Source: Kudoa neothunni (taxonomy: Eukaryota; Animalia; Cnidaria). Taken from it: a stretch of DNA of 64,000 nt. The notes under the pieces were generated by a model. It saw only the letters and a program-made list of their open reading frames with translations. It made no database searches and was not told where the DNA came from. Of this stretch, positions 1 to 13,391 are shown piece after piece. The DNA is taken from assembly GCA_964304625.1 (NCBI GenBank), contig OZ199840.1, positions 1,962,532-2,026,531 on the forward strand, written 5' to 3'. Numbering within the stretch: the first letter of the stretch is position 1; every line of letters starts with the position of its first letter. Made by a program: the position numbers and the translations under genes.

Positions 1-509
1 ACAAAATTATAATTCCACATTGAGTGTATGTAGTTTTATTTGCACTTTAGAACAGCCGAATAATTTTTCCCTTCTAAATTTGTTGAAACATAATTATCTT
101 AATTTAATAAAAATAAAAAAATTGAATTTTAAATTATATTGAAATTAATTGTTTAAATCTATTTTTATATCAAGGGCTCAATTTAATCGCGAATAAACAT
201 TAAGTCAATTTGAATACACTTCTAGAACGGATTATGGTCAAGTCCGAGATTGCATTGTATTGAACTATAAACCTTTTTAAAAAGCAATATGACTGCTCTA
301 AAATTTGATGTAGTTTGTTGGATTCGGCCCACTAAAAACGATACTACCGATGTATATAGAATTAACCTTATATATCAAACGTACCCTCGCTTCTTAATCC
401 CTCCCAACTCTTATTTACGGAGTTTTGTCTATTTAATATTTTTTAACATATCATACTCAATAATTTATTATGAATCTCTGTGCTCCTAAGTGCATAATTT
501 TCTCATCAA

Positions 510-1165
510 CAATCGAACCTCGATTATCCGGAAATCGCGTCATCCGGAAGTTATTTTAAATTTTCTTTGGGTTCTATTGAGATTAAATGTCGATAAATGT
601 TCGATTCTCCGGCATCTCGGTAACCAGAACAACAATTTCTTCATCATTTTTTATCAAAAGCATCACCAATCACCTTACCACGTATATACGTATATACATA
701 CATATCCACATATACAATGTAGCATATATACCAATGCAATATTTAACACAAAAATATGTATAGATTAATTATTTACAAGTTTCTCTTGTAAAAACTTACG
801 TTAAGCGTTCAATTCTTATAGAAATTAATATTATATTGAACGTATGTTTATATGCAGTTAAAAAAATTAATTACGGATTATTTAAAAAAATGGATCACTT
901 CTCTGTAAATGTGTTTTCTTCCATAATTATGTACTGTTTTTCTTGTAGGTCTCCATATTTTAGTTAAGAGACATTTCAATATTTTTAGTTCAAGTTGCAG
1001 GAGTTAAATTATTTTACACAACAATTAGTGAAAAATGTTCATCAATCAAATAAACAATTGTTTAAGTGGAAATTTCAAAAAATGTGCGCAAATGTGACAT
1101 AATGTTTGATTATCCGGAAGGAAAACCTCGTGTCCCAAATTTCCTGGATAACCGAGGTTGGACAG
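510..1165. mobile_element. pogo/Tigger-type (Tc1/mariner superfamily) MITE
   Basis: Imperfect TIRs: caatcgaacctcgattatccgg at 510 and ggataaccgaggttggacag followed by TA at 1146-1167. Internal ttatccgg repeats and no coding capacity. Confidence 0.6.
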
Positions 1166-1279
1166 TACAATAAAAACTGAACACATAGAAAGGAATATAC
1201 TTAGACCAATATAGCATTCGAAAAATTGAAAGCACCAATAAACATTTAACTATTTAATTAATTTTTCTCGATATATTAG

Positions 1280-2305
1280 GGATTATTTAATTTATACTAT
1301 GATGTAAATATTGTATTAATTTTAACCCATAGAGATAATCTAAAAAAATTTCCGAAATACGATTGTGTTTTTTATATTTTTGATTGTAGGAGAATTTTGA
1401 TGAAGCAACTGTCGATAAATTGCTTCAACTTGTATCCAATATGCGAAATATAAATGTAAGAGAATAAGTGAGATACATGTATATGACTTTAAAATTAGAT
1501 GGAGCAATTAATAACGAAGTGCGATATTGACTGGACCGAATATTCCAACATACCATTTAAATCCAGCCGATTAGAACCTTCAATATTTGAATTGTATTTA
1601 GTTATAAATAATAGCGTTTGTTTGTGAAAGAATGGGGAAATATTTAGAATAAGAGAATTCATAAAAGGTGATTTGTATTGCAAAGTGGATGACGAGAAAA
1701 TAAAGGGAAGAAAAATATACGAAGATTTTGCGAATAATCGCGAAGATTACAATTCTTTTGGTATTGAGGCTGGTCCTCAAATAAACAACACAAGTCAACC
1801 ACTAGAGCGTTCCAATAATTTGGTAGAGGAGAATTATGAATTTTTAAAATTTTGCGATGACAATTCTCGATCGATGAGCGATGTTAGAACTGAGATTGGG
1901 TTAGAAATGGCTGATTTGCGGCATCCAACGAATCCTGTTATGTTTAATCTTATAAAACGAATTCGACCATCGAATAGGTTGATTAAATGGGAAGCGTAAG
2001 TGTGATTTATATTACTATTGTTATGTGACTGAATTATACGAGAAATATCATTGACTGGTGTTCGGTGTAGTGAAAATGACTTAGTGATTTTGAAAAAAAT
2101 CAAATCCTACGGTTATAATGCTAAAACATTCGGATCAATACAGAAACAATTATGTCAGAAAACTCCCGACACCCACTACACTACTGAGGAGGTGGATTGA
2201 TTTTTTCAATTCGCCACTCTATATCTAATTTTATTGTAGTTGCATGATAGATATATGCGTCTAATAATGTTTCACAGCGAGAAACCACCCAACGACAAAA
2301 CCTGA
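1280..2305 (+). CDS. 3' exons of a GON4L/YARP/FLASH-like protein with a C-terminal Myb/SANT-like domain (5' end not resolved)
   Basis: Splicing at GT..TAG joins ORF 1673-1999 to exons at 2070-2190 and 2240-2305, giving IKWEAENDLVILKKIKSYGYNAKTFGSIQKQL...EELHDRYMRLIMF. This resembles the GON4L C-terminal WTREADRVIL...TF..I..QL...V..RF..LM.LF motif. Confidence 0.55.
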
Positions 2306-2605
2306 TTATTTAGAATATTGTTTGTATTGATTTAATTATGGGTTTTATTGCGTTTTATCGTAGAAGACCGAAATAAACATCAACAATCCTAAACTAAAAT
2401 AACACTCGATTTAATATTCGAAAGTGGATGCGCTATATCCGGATGATTTAACAAATATTTTTGATGCCGATTCATATCGTAGACATTCGGTTGAGCAGAT
2501 ACCGATGTCGAAGGATTACTGACGACTAGATAGATTTAATAAAATTTCAATAGACGATTAACGCTTTCACTTTGTTGAATTTTAACTCCCCACACAAACA
2601 CTGCC

Positions 2606-5558
2606 ATGGATATTCCTCAACGGACTATGAATGCTGTTGGGAAACGAGACGAATCCATCAAACGATGGATGAATAGTTCCACTGCGAAGGCAATACAAAA
2701 AACCGATGACACCCACTTTAAAATAACATTCGACAATGGTTCAATGCTGTTGTCTGCGGTTTCATCTGGGGATATAAAAGAGTTGGAGCGTCTGTTGCGG
2801 CTTGGTACTGATGTGAACTTTTCTAGTGCTGATGGTTTGACTGCGTTGCATCAGGTATGTGATCGAATGAGTTTGGTTGTGTATAGCTGCGAATACCTAA
2901 ATGAATAATCAAATGAATAAATAATCAAATAAATAAATCAACTATAGGCATGTATCGATGAGAGTATTGAGTTGGTCGAAATTTTGGTCAATCATGGTGC
3001 TAATATTAACGCTCGTGATAACGAAGGTTGGACTCCGCTTCATGCTGCTGCGTCCACAACCAGTTTGGAAGTAGTGAGGTAGTTATTTTATTGGTTATGT
3101 GTGATTATAAACTCATATCTTATTTAACGTGTGTAACATTTATTGAATTCCACCCATAGTTTTCTAGTTAAACATGGAGCCAATCTCTCGGCCGTTAACA
3201 CAGATGGTGAATTGGCTGTCGATCTCGCAGACGAGGATGACATCAAAAATTTTCTCATGGAAAAAATCACCGAAAACAGTACTCATCTCAGCTGGACTAT
3301 TTCGAAAAAACTTTAACACATTCCATCAACTACTCTAGACATCAATTTGACCTCGGCTAGAAATCTAGAGCATGACAAAATGATCAATGATATCAATCTT
3401 TGGATATCTAATGGACGCGTGGATGAAGTACGTGATCCACAAGGTGCGACTGCTCTGCATGTTGCCGCCTCAAAAAGCTATATGGATGTCATGGGGTATT
3501 TTTTCATTTGAATTATTCTAATCCAGTTCTCACTATTGCTTAGATTGCTTGTTGATCGTCTCCAAATGGATGTCAACATCAAAGACAATGACGGTTGGAC
3601 TCCGCTACATGCAGCAGTGTACTGGAAACAATTGGATGCTGTCGCATTTCTAATCGACCACAATGCTGATTATCAAGCACAGACTTCAATTGTAGTTCTC
3701 CACTATTTAATTTTCAATTACTTCATTTGTTTAATCAATTAAGCTATTTGACGACGATTTAATAAATTTAGTAATAATAATAACAACAACAACAACAATA
3801 ATAATAATACATACTATTATGTTGCTTGCAAATTACAATTGTTAATCTAATCCTTTGTTTGTGTGATGTTTTGTTCCAGTTTATTATGTATAGTTCTTAG
3901 AAACACAGTAAATGTGCTAATTTATACGATTGTGGTACATTGTAGAAAATAGACTGTGTGTGTGTAAGTTGTAAATAGTTGCCATAGGGATTAAAAAGTA
4001 ATGTTAAGCATGCTTAATTAAACTATAATTAATTTGAATATCATTCTATGGCTCGTTAGCAACAAACAATTCCAGAGACCGCCAACTTGAGATTATAAAT
4101 GACAGATACACATGCGGGCGGAGTCACGTCGAATTAAATATTAAACCTGTCGTATTTATACCAATAATTGTTTATTGTTGTTTTGAATAATTGAAAATTC
4201 AATGTCTACCATTTATTAGGGTTTGCTACCTATTGATTTGGCGGACGATGATATTATTATGAAGTACAAAGCGTTGTTACGAAAGAAAAACCTCATTACC
4301 AGCTATACCAAAAAGTGACCATTGATTGATTATTATGAATGTTGGGTAGATTAGATTTCTATTAGATCCGCATCGGATGATAGCAGTGATAGTGCATCGC
4401 CTGAAGTGTTCCCTCATAGTTATAAACCTCTGCCGAATCCGATTCTGAAAAAATTGGCTGAAAGTGAAATACCAACCACCAAGCCAACATCTACAGCCAA
4501 ACCCATCCATCCTCCACCCAGACAACGTATTCTCATGTGCTAGTAGCTAATTGTTATAATGTTCTCATGTGTTGGTGTAGATGTGGCCGTATCTGCCCAC
4601 AAACCCACACTTCCCCCTCAGAGACAAGGTATTGATATTAGTGGTTAATTGATGAATATTGTCGTTAATGCTCTCGTGTAGTAGTAGTACCGCCTGATCT
4701 ATCACGACCACCAATTTCATCCACCAAAGGTATTCATCTAATTGAAGAAATGCGAGTCGAGTGGTGATAAATTGAAAATTATTAATGTGTAGATGCCACT
4801 TCTGCAATATTGTCGGAACCTGCCCGCCCCCCTTCCGCCACCAAAATCACAAAGGGTATTGTTTATGGCGGGGAAATCGGACTTATATGTATATATGTAG
4901 GATTAGATCGAGCTACTAATTTAGTCGAAAGCTCAATTTCATCTGGAGTGAAACTTCCTCCAAAGACTGCCAATACAACTACAGGTGTTCCCTCATCGAT
5001 TTTGCCACCTAAGCCTGGTATTATTCCCTACTATAAATTGGAGGTGTGTGTAATTGCCATGCGAACGTAGGCGCATCTACAAATAAATTAACATCCAATA
5101 TTTTGCCACCCAAATCCAAAACAACGGGAATAGTTCATCCACCTGTTGCCGCTCGCCCACAAACCCAGTCAGCCGAAATCCCACGACCAATTGTTACCAG
5201 TATTTTCAACACAATCCTTCATTTTTATATTATTAATTAGCTCGTCCAACATCATGCACATTCAAAACTCTTGAAGAAGCCCTAGAAGAAATTTCCAAAC
5301 TAAACAGGATGGTCGAATCATATAGAAAGGTTCTCTGTTTTTAAATGGAAATATTTGAATTTATAATTTTCGATTATGTAGGAAATTTCTCTTATTGAAT
5401 CTCAATTGAATTCACTTAAACAATCAACCGGATCCAACGTCACATCTTCCAATACAAATATAAACAACCTAATGGATGAAAACAAACGTTTACAAAGAGA
5501 AAATGCCACACTTATTAAAGCGATGTCAACCTTGCAAAAAAGCGGGTCTAAATCGTGA
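2606..5558 (+). CDS. PPP1R12A: Myosin phosphatase targeting subunit (MYPT1/PPP1R12 family), 14 exons
   Basis: MyPhoNE-like KRDESIKRW and RVxF-like KITF motifs. Ankyrin repeats DGLTALHQACID, DNEGWTPLHAAAS, GATALHVAASK and DNDGWTPLHAAVYW. C-terminal leucine zipper LMDENKRLQRENATLIKAMSTL. All 13 inferred introns are GT..TAG and keep the frame. Confidence 0.9.
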
Positions 5559-6656
5559 ACCCTTCCTTCAATATACATTGCACTGTATAATGACTGAATT
5601 TTGTTTTTTCGCAGCTCTCAAAAACCAAATCCACCTTCAGTTCAATTCAGTTATGCTTGCTTTTATCCTACGATTCCCGTTCTCGAAATCAAATTTATAA
5701 TTTATTCAGATTTGTAGATATGATATACGTTTTTAACTCATCTTAAACCATTGAATATTAAGTTTTATCATTATTTTCAATAAATATCGGACATTTTCGA
5801 TGGAATATTATTAATTTTGAACGTGTTTTCTTTTTTGTTTGATAAATATTTTTTTGTGTTGCCACCTTCATTGATTATACTTGGCCTTGCTGTGTTATGA
5901 TTTTTTTTCGGAATTATATTTTTGAAGCTATATTTGCCATAATTATTAATCGTATTTGCTATAATTATTAACCGTATTCATTTGTTTGTGGTTTGCGCGC
6001 CTTTTTCTCGAGCTGATATTCTTGAAATTTCCACAGAATTCTAATTTTAATATTAGTATTGATAATAATAAATTTTATACGAATAATTTAAAATTAACTA
6101 ATTGAATTGATTAGCTCTGATTTATAATCTGCCTGAGTTTTATTGATTTGATTCTTGAAATTTAAAATGATGAGACAATTACCATCACTATTCGTTAGGT
6201 ATTTTCTAGTGTCATGTGCAGTATTCTACTAAATTATGTATTTATCTCCAGTTTTGGGTAGTAAAGAATCAATAAACAAATTTTAAACTCGACAAATGAA
6301 TACCTTATTAGCGTCTACACAATTTGATCTAATAAATTAACAATGAATTTTATACTTGACAAAATTTGAATTCCTAATTACAACCATAAATATAATCAAC
6401 TTTGCGATTTTAGCGAATTATACAATAGACAACGGATGGCTCGTAAGACCATTGTGGCCTCAAAACTGAAATATACTAAATCCTGCCATACGAAGCAGAT
6501 TCCTGTTCCACATTCACATTCATTATTTTTGTATATTTATATTATTTTTGGTTCATCTTTGTGATTTCTTTTAGAGAAATTTTTTTAATCCGGCCTTTGA
6601 AGCATATGAAAATCAAAAATTTGACCCGTCATTAAAAACTTTGGTGACCCTTGATA

Positions 6657-7049
6657 CAATGAAACCTCAGAGTTCAACCAAAAAATTTTTAGTTAGAAAC
6701 AGTTTTGAATTCTAACTCATATAGCAAGGGTAGTCGGAACAAAAATTTGAATCTAAGAAGTTCTAAAAGAAGAGTCGCTCAATCAAATTGGACGAACGTC
6801 ATCGAAAGAGAATCTTTTATAATCCTTCGTATGACAGCTAAAAAATATTAATCCTGTATTTCATTTTTATTTTTCAGAAACAATAGGTATGCATGTTTTC
6901 TTATAAATAAAAATAAGAATAATCATTCATTTGATTCACGCTAACAGATTAACGGATTATACTAATTTTCGTTATTTTGCATGGGAAAAATTATTCGGAG
7001 TTCACCACACTTCTAGAAAGGATTATGGTCGATGTCCGAGGTTGCACTG
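6657..7049. mobile_element. pogo/Tc1-type MITE; related ends at about 216-260 (+) and 54474-54600 (-)
   Basis: TA-flanked imperfect TIRs caatgaaacctcagagttcaacca and (reverse complement) cagtgcaacctcggacatcgacca. The end sequence acacttctagaa.ggattatggtc..gtccgag.ttgca.tgta recurs three times in the window. Confidence 0.65.
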
Positions 7050-7895
7050 TATTTTAAATATAACTACGTAATTTTTGTCATCCGAATCCCTAACGAATTT
7101 CTTTTCGAGAAATATTTTATTAATGTCAAAGGGTAATTCTTTTATATAAAGTTTGGAATGTTGCTAGTTAACGTTCTTAGTTATTTAAATCGTATAAATA
7201 ATAAAAAATTAACAGTTTATATTTTTTAATGCGGTGAAATAGTCAAAATGATATTTTGGGGTGGAGTTTTCATGTCGAAATCTCACTTAAATTCCTAAAA
7301 GTTGTGTTATCTATATTCCTGAAAAATTTCGTGATAAAATATTTTTTGTAATATTAAGCTAACTTTATGCCGCAATTTATTAATAGTTAATAATTTAATC
7401 TAGGTTTGCGAATAAAATTATGCAAACTTATTTAAATGCAGGCGCACAATTTTTCATTTCTTCGTGTGAATCCTTACCTTCGGAAAATGAGATTGTCTTC
7501 GACCCATTTCGATAAATATATGTGATGATTATTGTTTATACAATGAATTAAGTGTTTAAATGGCGATAAACAAATTTTATCATTAATTAAATTAAATAAA
7601 GAATTTATTTTTAGTTGAATCTATTAACGACCATTCGATGACAACCAGCAATTATAACAAAAATTAGAAATTGGAAGACAAAGGTGACTGTGAACAAATA
7701 TACTTCAAAAATTTAATCTGTTCTTTGTGAATCATGATCTAAACTTGACTGATTTTAATGACAAAAACTCTTGTTTACTACGCGCATAAAAGTAGTAATG
7801 TTTTTGAAGATTAAACCCGTCAATCGATTCAGTTAATCTAAAAAATATCTTATTGGGACAGGTGGGTTCTCAGGGCCCCAGGATTTCGATGTGTA

Positions 7896-7983
7896 AATTT
7901 CATGAGAGTATCAGACGTGGAATTTACATGAGGCTATTGGATGTGCAAATTACATGAGAGTATTGGTATTAGAAATTACACGA
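7896..7983. repeat. Degenerate ~26-bp minisatellite, 3-4 copies
   Basis: aaatttcatgagagtatcag / aatttacatgaggctattgg / aaattacatgagagtattgg / aaattacacga. Confidence 0.6.
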
Positions 7984-7998
7984 TTGTATCGGTTAAGG

Positions 7999-8624
7999 CA
8001 GTGTTCCCTCGCCCCACCAGTGGGGTATGAAAAAATGTTGGTGTGACATGGATAGTGGTGAGATAATTGGGCAGTATGACGTACTTTGAAGCTAATATCG
8101 CGACTTTCGATATCGCTGATTTTTAAGTAGCGGTTAATATCAAAAAATACAAAAAGCAATGATTAATTATATAAAAATTAATAATAATATTTACGTGTAC
8201 TTCGCCCAAATAGAATCAGAGAATGCCTAATCTTATTCTTGTCTCATTTAGAATTGTAAATCCTTTTTTTGATTAAATCCAGTATAATATTAATTAATTT
8301 GGTAGTTGTATTATTTATGTTCCGTTTATTAGTCCTGAATACACGGAAGTCTTTCCCAATGAAGGTTGGATTACCGCGAGTTTCATATGACGCTGTTTCT
8401 GAGGGAATGAAGAACTAAAGATGTTAATTTTTAAGGTCCATCGGTAAAATAAGTATGATCTGATCGAACACATTTTAATTTTAATGAGAAAGGAAGTATA
8501 TATTAATTGCTCTCAAATTTTAATGTGATAGGGTGCTTTTTTCATTGTTGTATACAATTTAAGTTCAAAAGTCACTACTTCTGAAAAAGGTAAGGCATGA
8601 TAGAAAAAAGGTTGGGAAACACTG
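7999..8624. mobile_element. hAT-type MITE
   Basis: Ends are cagtgttccc and ggttgggaaacactg, with near-identical 8-bp flanks (ggttaagg / ggtttaag) consistent with a hAT TSD. A similar left end, cagagtttcccaacc, occurs at 14004. Confidence 0.6.
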
Positions 8625-8952
8625 GGTTTAAGGGATAATGAAAGATGGAGTGAATTATTTCATAAGGTAGTAATTATTAATCTTTAATTTTGAATAAAAA
8701 TAAAAGATAAATAATAAATTCATAACTTAATTTTAGAAAATTTATAAATTGACAATATAAATAACACGCAATTTAAAATATATTAAATTATAATTATTTT
8801 TAAATTAGCTTGCTTACATTGCAATGAATAATGGCGCATATCAAACCAATAAAAATAATCCCCACAATAAAAGTTAATCTAGTAAGCAATATAAGGATGA
8901 AACAAATTAAATATCTAGAATAATTGCAGGAGTTGTCATATTTCGAATCATA

Positions 8953-11900
8953 TCATATGCTGATATGCGATCCACCAACCTCTTCAGCAGAAATAATACT
9001 TATGATATCATCGGAACTATTTTTTGTTCTTATTAGTCTTCCGAAAATTCCGCCCTTAAATTGGAATTAATACATATTTGTTTTATTAGGAATTCTTGAT
9101 ATACAAAGTATAAAGCCGCCACTACCACACATGAAGTTATCACAGCAGAACAGATGACGACAAAAATTTTCCAACCTTTTGGTGATCTTTCTAAGGGACC
9201 GTGGAGATTAATTGAATACTATGAGAACGTATTAATGAAATTATAGAACAAATAATTCGCACTGTAAAGGATTTCCCTACAGAAGAAGAAGCCTTGAAAT
9301 TGTTCAAAATTTCACCTGTGAGACTAACTTTTGCTGTATTGTTATTTTTCTATTAAATAATAATTGTATGAAATATATGAGGAAAAATATACTATTAACG
9401 CCAATGCATGTTTCTGTATTTTAACCATAATTATAACCTTGTTGATTAAACTGATTGTATTGCCGGTCATAGTGCAAATAAACTCGCGTGTTTGATAATT
9501 CCCACATGAGTTTTTGTAGCATTCGTTCAGCAACAAAATAGGCTCGTTAGGGCACTAGGAAAATTTTTAAATAATTATAAAAATTCAACAAATACTTTAT
9601 AATTCGTGATATAAGCCAATTTATTTTCAAACTCGGATGAAATACTAAATCTGACAGCAATTCTGTCAATTTTATTCTCGCCACCATATCCAATCTAGAC
9701 GAATTTTATTCTGTTAAATATGTAACTATGTGTTACGGTGAACTCATTCGCAATATTTGCAGACAATAATTTTGAACCAAATAAAACAACGTTTGTATTC
9801 GAGGTAGCTCTAACAATATTCAAAATAATAATGATAATAAATTAATCTATAGATTCTATTTTCTTTTATAACAATAAATAATGTAAGTAATTACCCAGTC
9901 AATAAATATGTCTCAGGAATGTCAGGAACTGTTTTAACTTGATACTGTCTATCCAATAGAGGAGGATTACCCTGACTGTCAAAAGGATATCTAAAAGAAT
10001 TATATTTAAACGGTCATAAATTATATTTACATTTTGAAAGATAGAGGAAATTGTTTTGTTTGGTTACTAACTTTAACACGTAGTGAGCACGTAACACTGG
10101 GCTTTATTATTGTGTTTAGGAGCATGAGTCATATAAGCGAAATAAAAAATTACTTTATTATTAACTAAAACAAACTCCATGAGATTATCATCTTTATAAC
10201 GACCGCTTGAAAAATCGTTCAACTAGAAACATTCCAAAAAGATTATATTGTATACAATAGATTACATTATAAGTGTCTCCATCACATTTCCAAAATTCCA
10301 AGAATCTCGGATCGAATATTATTCTCACATTAAAGCAAAAGAGCAATTGGGGATTTTTTATTGCCAAAGAGTGGGAATATTCAAGTCTAATAACACTTTG
10401 ATTGCCTTGCTTAATTTGCTCGATTCTTAATTATGTAGAAAATAATTTATGGGACATATCACATACTTTTTTCCCGTCTCCACGATAGGTAATATCTTAT
10501 TTTTTAGATTGCAAACGTAATATTTGCAAACTAAGTTATTTTTGGGTCTGTGCACATCAAAATCATCAGAATAACCAAAAAGTTTTTGATTTTTGTTATC
10601 TGATAACAAATCGAATTTTGACTGAAAGTTTACCCATGGGAAAATGCTATCCGACATAACGGTAGCCATGAAAATATGATTCCTCCGAATCTGAAATAAT
10701 GTTGAAAACCTTGCTTCTTGCTCTCCTGAGGTGGAATTAAAATGGAATTCAAAATATTCGTGTGTTAGGAATTTCTCATTCTTTTTATTCACCAGATTGA
10801 CAAAGCCATGAAATGGAGAAGGGATTTTTAAAGTAACATTCTTACGAATTCTAACTATATGCGATATTATAAAATCATAATGGTTATTTACTTATAAATA
10901 AAAATGTATTTATATATTTAAATTTTTTAAAAAAATTTATGCTCTTAGAAACTTTGAATTTTAATTAATGCGAATGAAACTATCTTAATTTGATATTTAA
11001 AATTTAATACTGACATCTAACGATATTATACTTTGTAAATAATTCGTAATATCAAATAAATTTACAATTAATAATATAAAAATTGTTTATATACCTATAT
11101 GTTTTATTTTTCCCCATTGTTTGAGATGTTCATTAGCTCGAAATCTCATCAACACTTCAACTTTAACACTTAAAAATATTTATATATGGCGTATCACATA
11201 CTAATACCATATATATTCTTTGTTTGAAATTCCACATTCTTTATTACTTTTTTGATTCACAAACGTGTCTTTAGAATAAAAATGTCCAGAAATTGGTGTT
11301 CTATAATAGGAAGGATAATTATAAGTGTGAACATTGTGAACGGTTTCTTACATTAAAGATTTGATCGTAGATGTTTTAGAGGTAGTTGATAACAAGAGAT
11401 CTAAACTGCTTATGTCTTATGAAGAAACAATGTCAACATTACCAGGTATACCATCTTGATTTACATCAGCCTCTCCAAAAATCCGATAAGCAATTCTATC
11501 AATGCCATCCAGATCATTAAAATATTGGGATAGTTCAATTTTCTAGAAATATAAAACTAGGTTCATCAAAAATAATACAATGTACGTATTTTAAATAGGC
11601 TGGTTTCCCCAAATATTTCCTAAGATACAGAGCTCCAACTGAATAGACGTAAACAGCACCTTTCTGGCTCGGTCCACCATATGGAGCCAACACAATAACC
11701 CCTACTTTGATTAGTTTCGTAAATCACAAAATAGATTACGATAATAGTATCTCTCTTCATTTGTATTGGAAGCGCAAATTGAATATCCAAAATAATCGCC
11801 ATATCGTTCACCATAGATGTAGGATGGTTTTTCATCGTATGGGGTACTATTGAAAGAACGGTCAAGTATTACGATCCCCAAGCTAAAATTGAAAAATGGA

Positions 11901-13391
11901 TTGCTATACACGGCTAATATTCTAAACCAAAATTAGATAAATAATCTAATTTATTTTTTCCAGATAAAAAATATCACTCATCTGGATATTTGATGTATAG
12001 AGATTTAAATCCGATGTGTTTGGACGGCTAAAATTTATTCAATATTTAAAATTATATGAACTCATGTAGCGGTTTATACTTTATGATTCGTGAATGTAGT
12101 TTTTAATGAAGAATTTGAGTTTATCACGTCAAAAATATATAACTTATTTTAATTAACACCAACCATTACTGCGATCACATACCTCCGATTCAGATTGAGA
12201 CTTGGGTAACAAATATTCGAATTTTACTAAGATAATAATTTTAGAGAGTATATATTATTAGTTTTCATTAAAAATCCATTTACTTTATCAATAATAAATA
12301 TATATATATATATATAAATTGAGCATGAATAAAAATATAGAAAAATAAGAAATTTATTTATTTTTAATCATATTTAAAAAAATTAAACATACAATATTCG
12401 CTTGGAAATCTATACATCAGAGTAGTGGAAAAATCTACGTTTATATTGGAAATAAATTATCCGCGATATTCTACCAATTACATACATGTAGTAGGAATAT
12501 TGTAATGTTGCCCTTGTGGCAAGTTGCCTGTACTAATGTTTTCATAGAGATAAATATCAGTAGATTTACTAAAACACGTAAGGCTACAATTTATTAAAAA
12601 TTATACTTGTTATGTAATGCCCCAAGTAAAATATTCCCTTTACCATCAGAGTAAGTGATCAATCCGGAATTATTTATTATTTCCGATTCAACTATCAACC
12701 TTCAAGTTTCATTGTAAATATTGAATAATAATTACCGGGCAACATTTCAGTCTTTTTGGATTTATAATTGTAAATGTAACAATAAGATATGGAACAGTTT
12801 GACGTAGTTTCAAGAATTATTCCGTTTTGTGCGCATACCTTAATTATTTGATTTTTAGAATGTGAAATATCGATCAATCAATCAATCAATCTCTACAAGA
12901 AATAAATCTTCTGAGATCTTTCCCATATTTAATCCTAGCAATGGAAAATTGATTTTCGATTTGATTCTACTTTCTTAATATGAAAACTTAGCGTCTCTTA
13001 ACAACCACCAAAATAAACCTATAGAATGCTCAATGATATTCTTTTCCTCACAGAATGAACTATTGTTGGACACACTTACGATTCCACACTCATACACCTT
13101 TCCAAGGTTGAAGTTACTTTGTTGGACATCAACGCTACCGCTATATGCCAAAGGTGCTGATATAATCAATCTTTAATTAGAGTAAATACCATAAAATTAA
13201 CCTAAAATAGTTAACCTATTATCAGAGCCTTTCTCAATGTTATAGCCAAATAATGTATGGTCAAATTTGGGATCGACGTTTTTTGGGTCGATTTCCAATC
13301 TCCAATTTTCCAATTTTCCATAAATGTTTACATAGGCACCACTGATTTTTTCACCCAGTACGAGTATAAAAAGGATACACGCACACAACAT
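8953..13391 (-). CDS. Integrin alpha subunit (multi-exon)
   Basis: Signal peptide MLCACILFILVLG. FG-GAP repeats TLFGYNI..LIISAP..GKVYEC, GDYFGYSI and GAPYGGPSQKGAVYVY. C-terminal TM helix WKIFVVICSAVITSCVVVAALYF followed by a GFFKR-like GIFGR and a short tail. Confidence 0.88.

Noticed and set aside
2606-5558. Alternative genetic code or stop readthrough, suggested by the fragmented ORFs
   Set aside because: The stops fall inside GT..AG introns, and the spliced products are open in the standard code.
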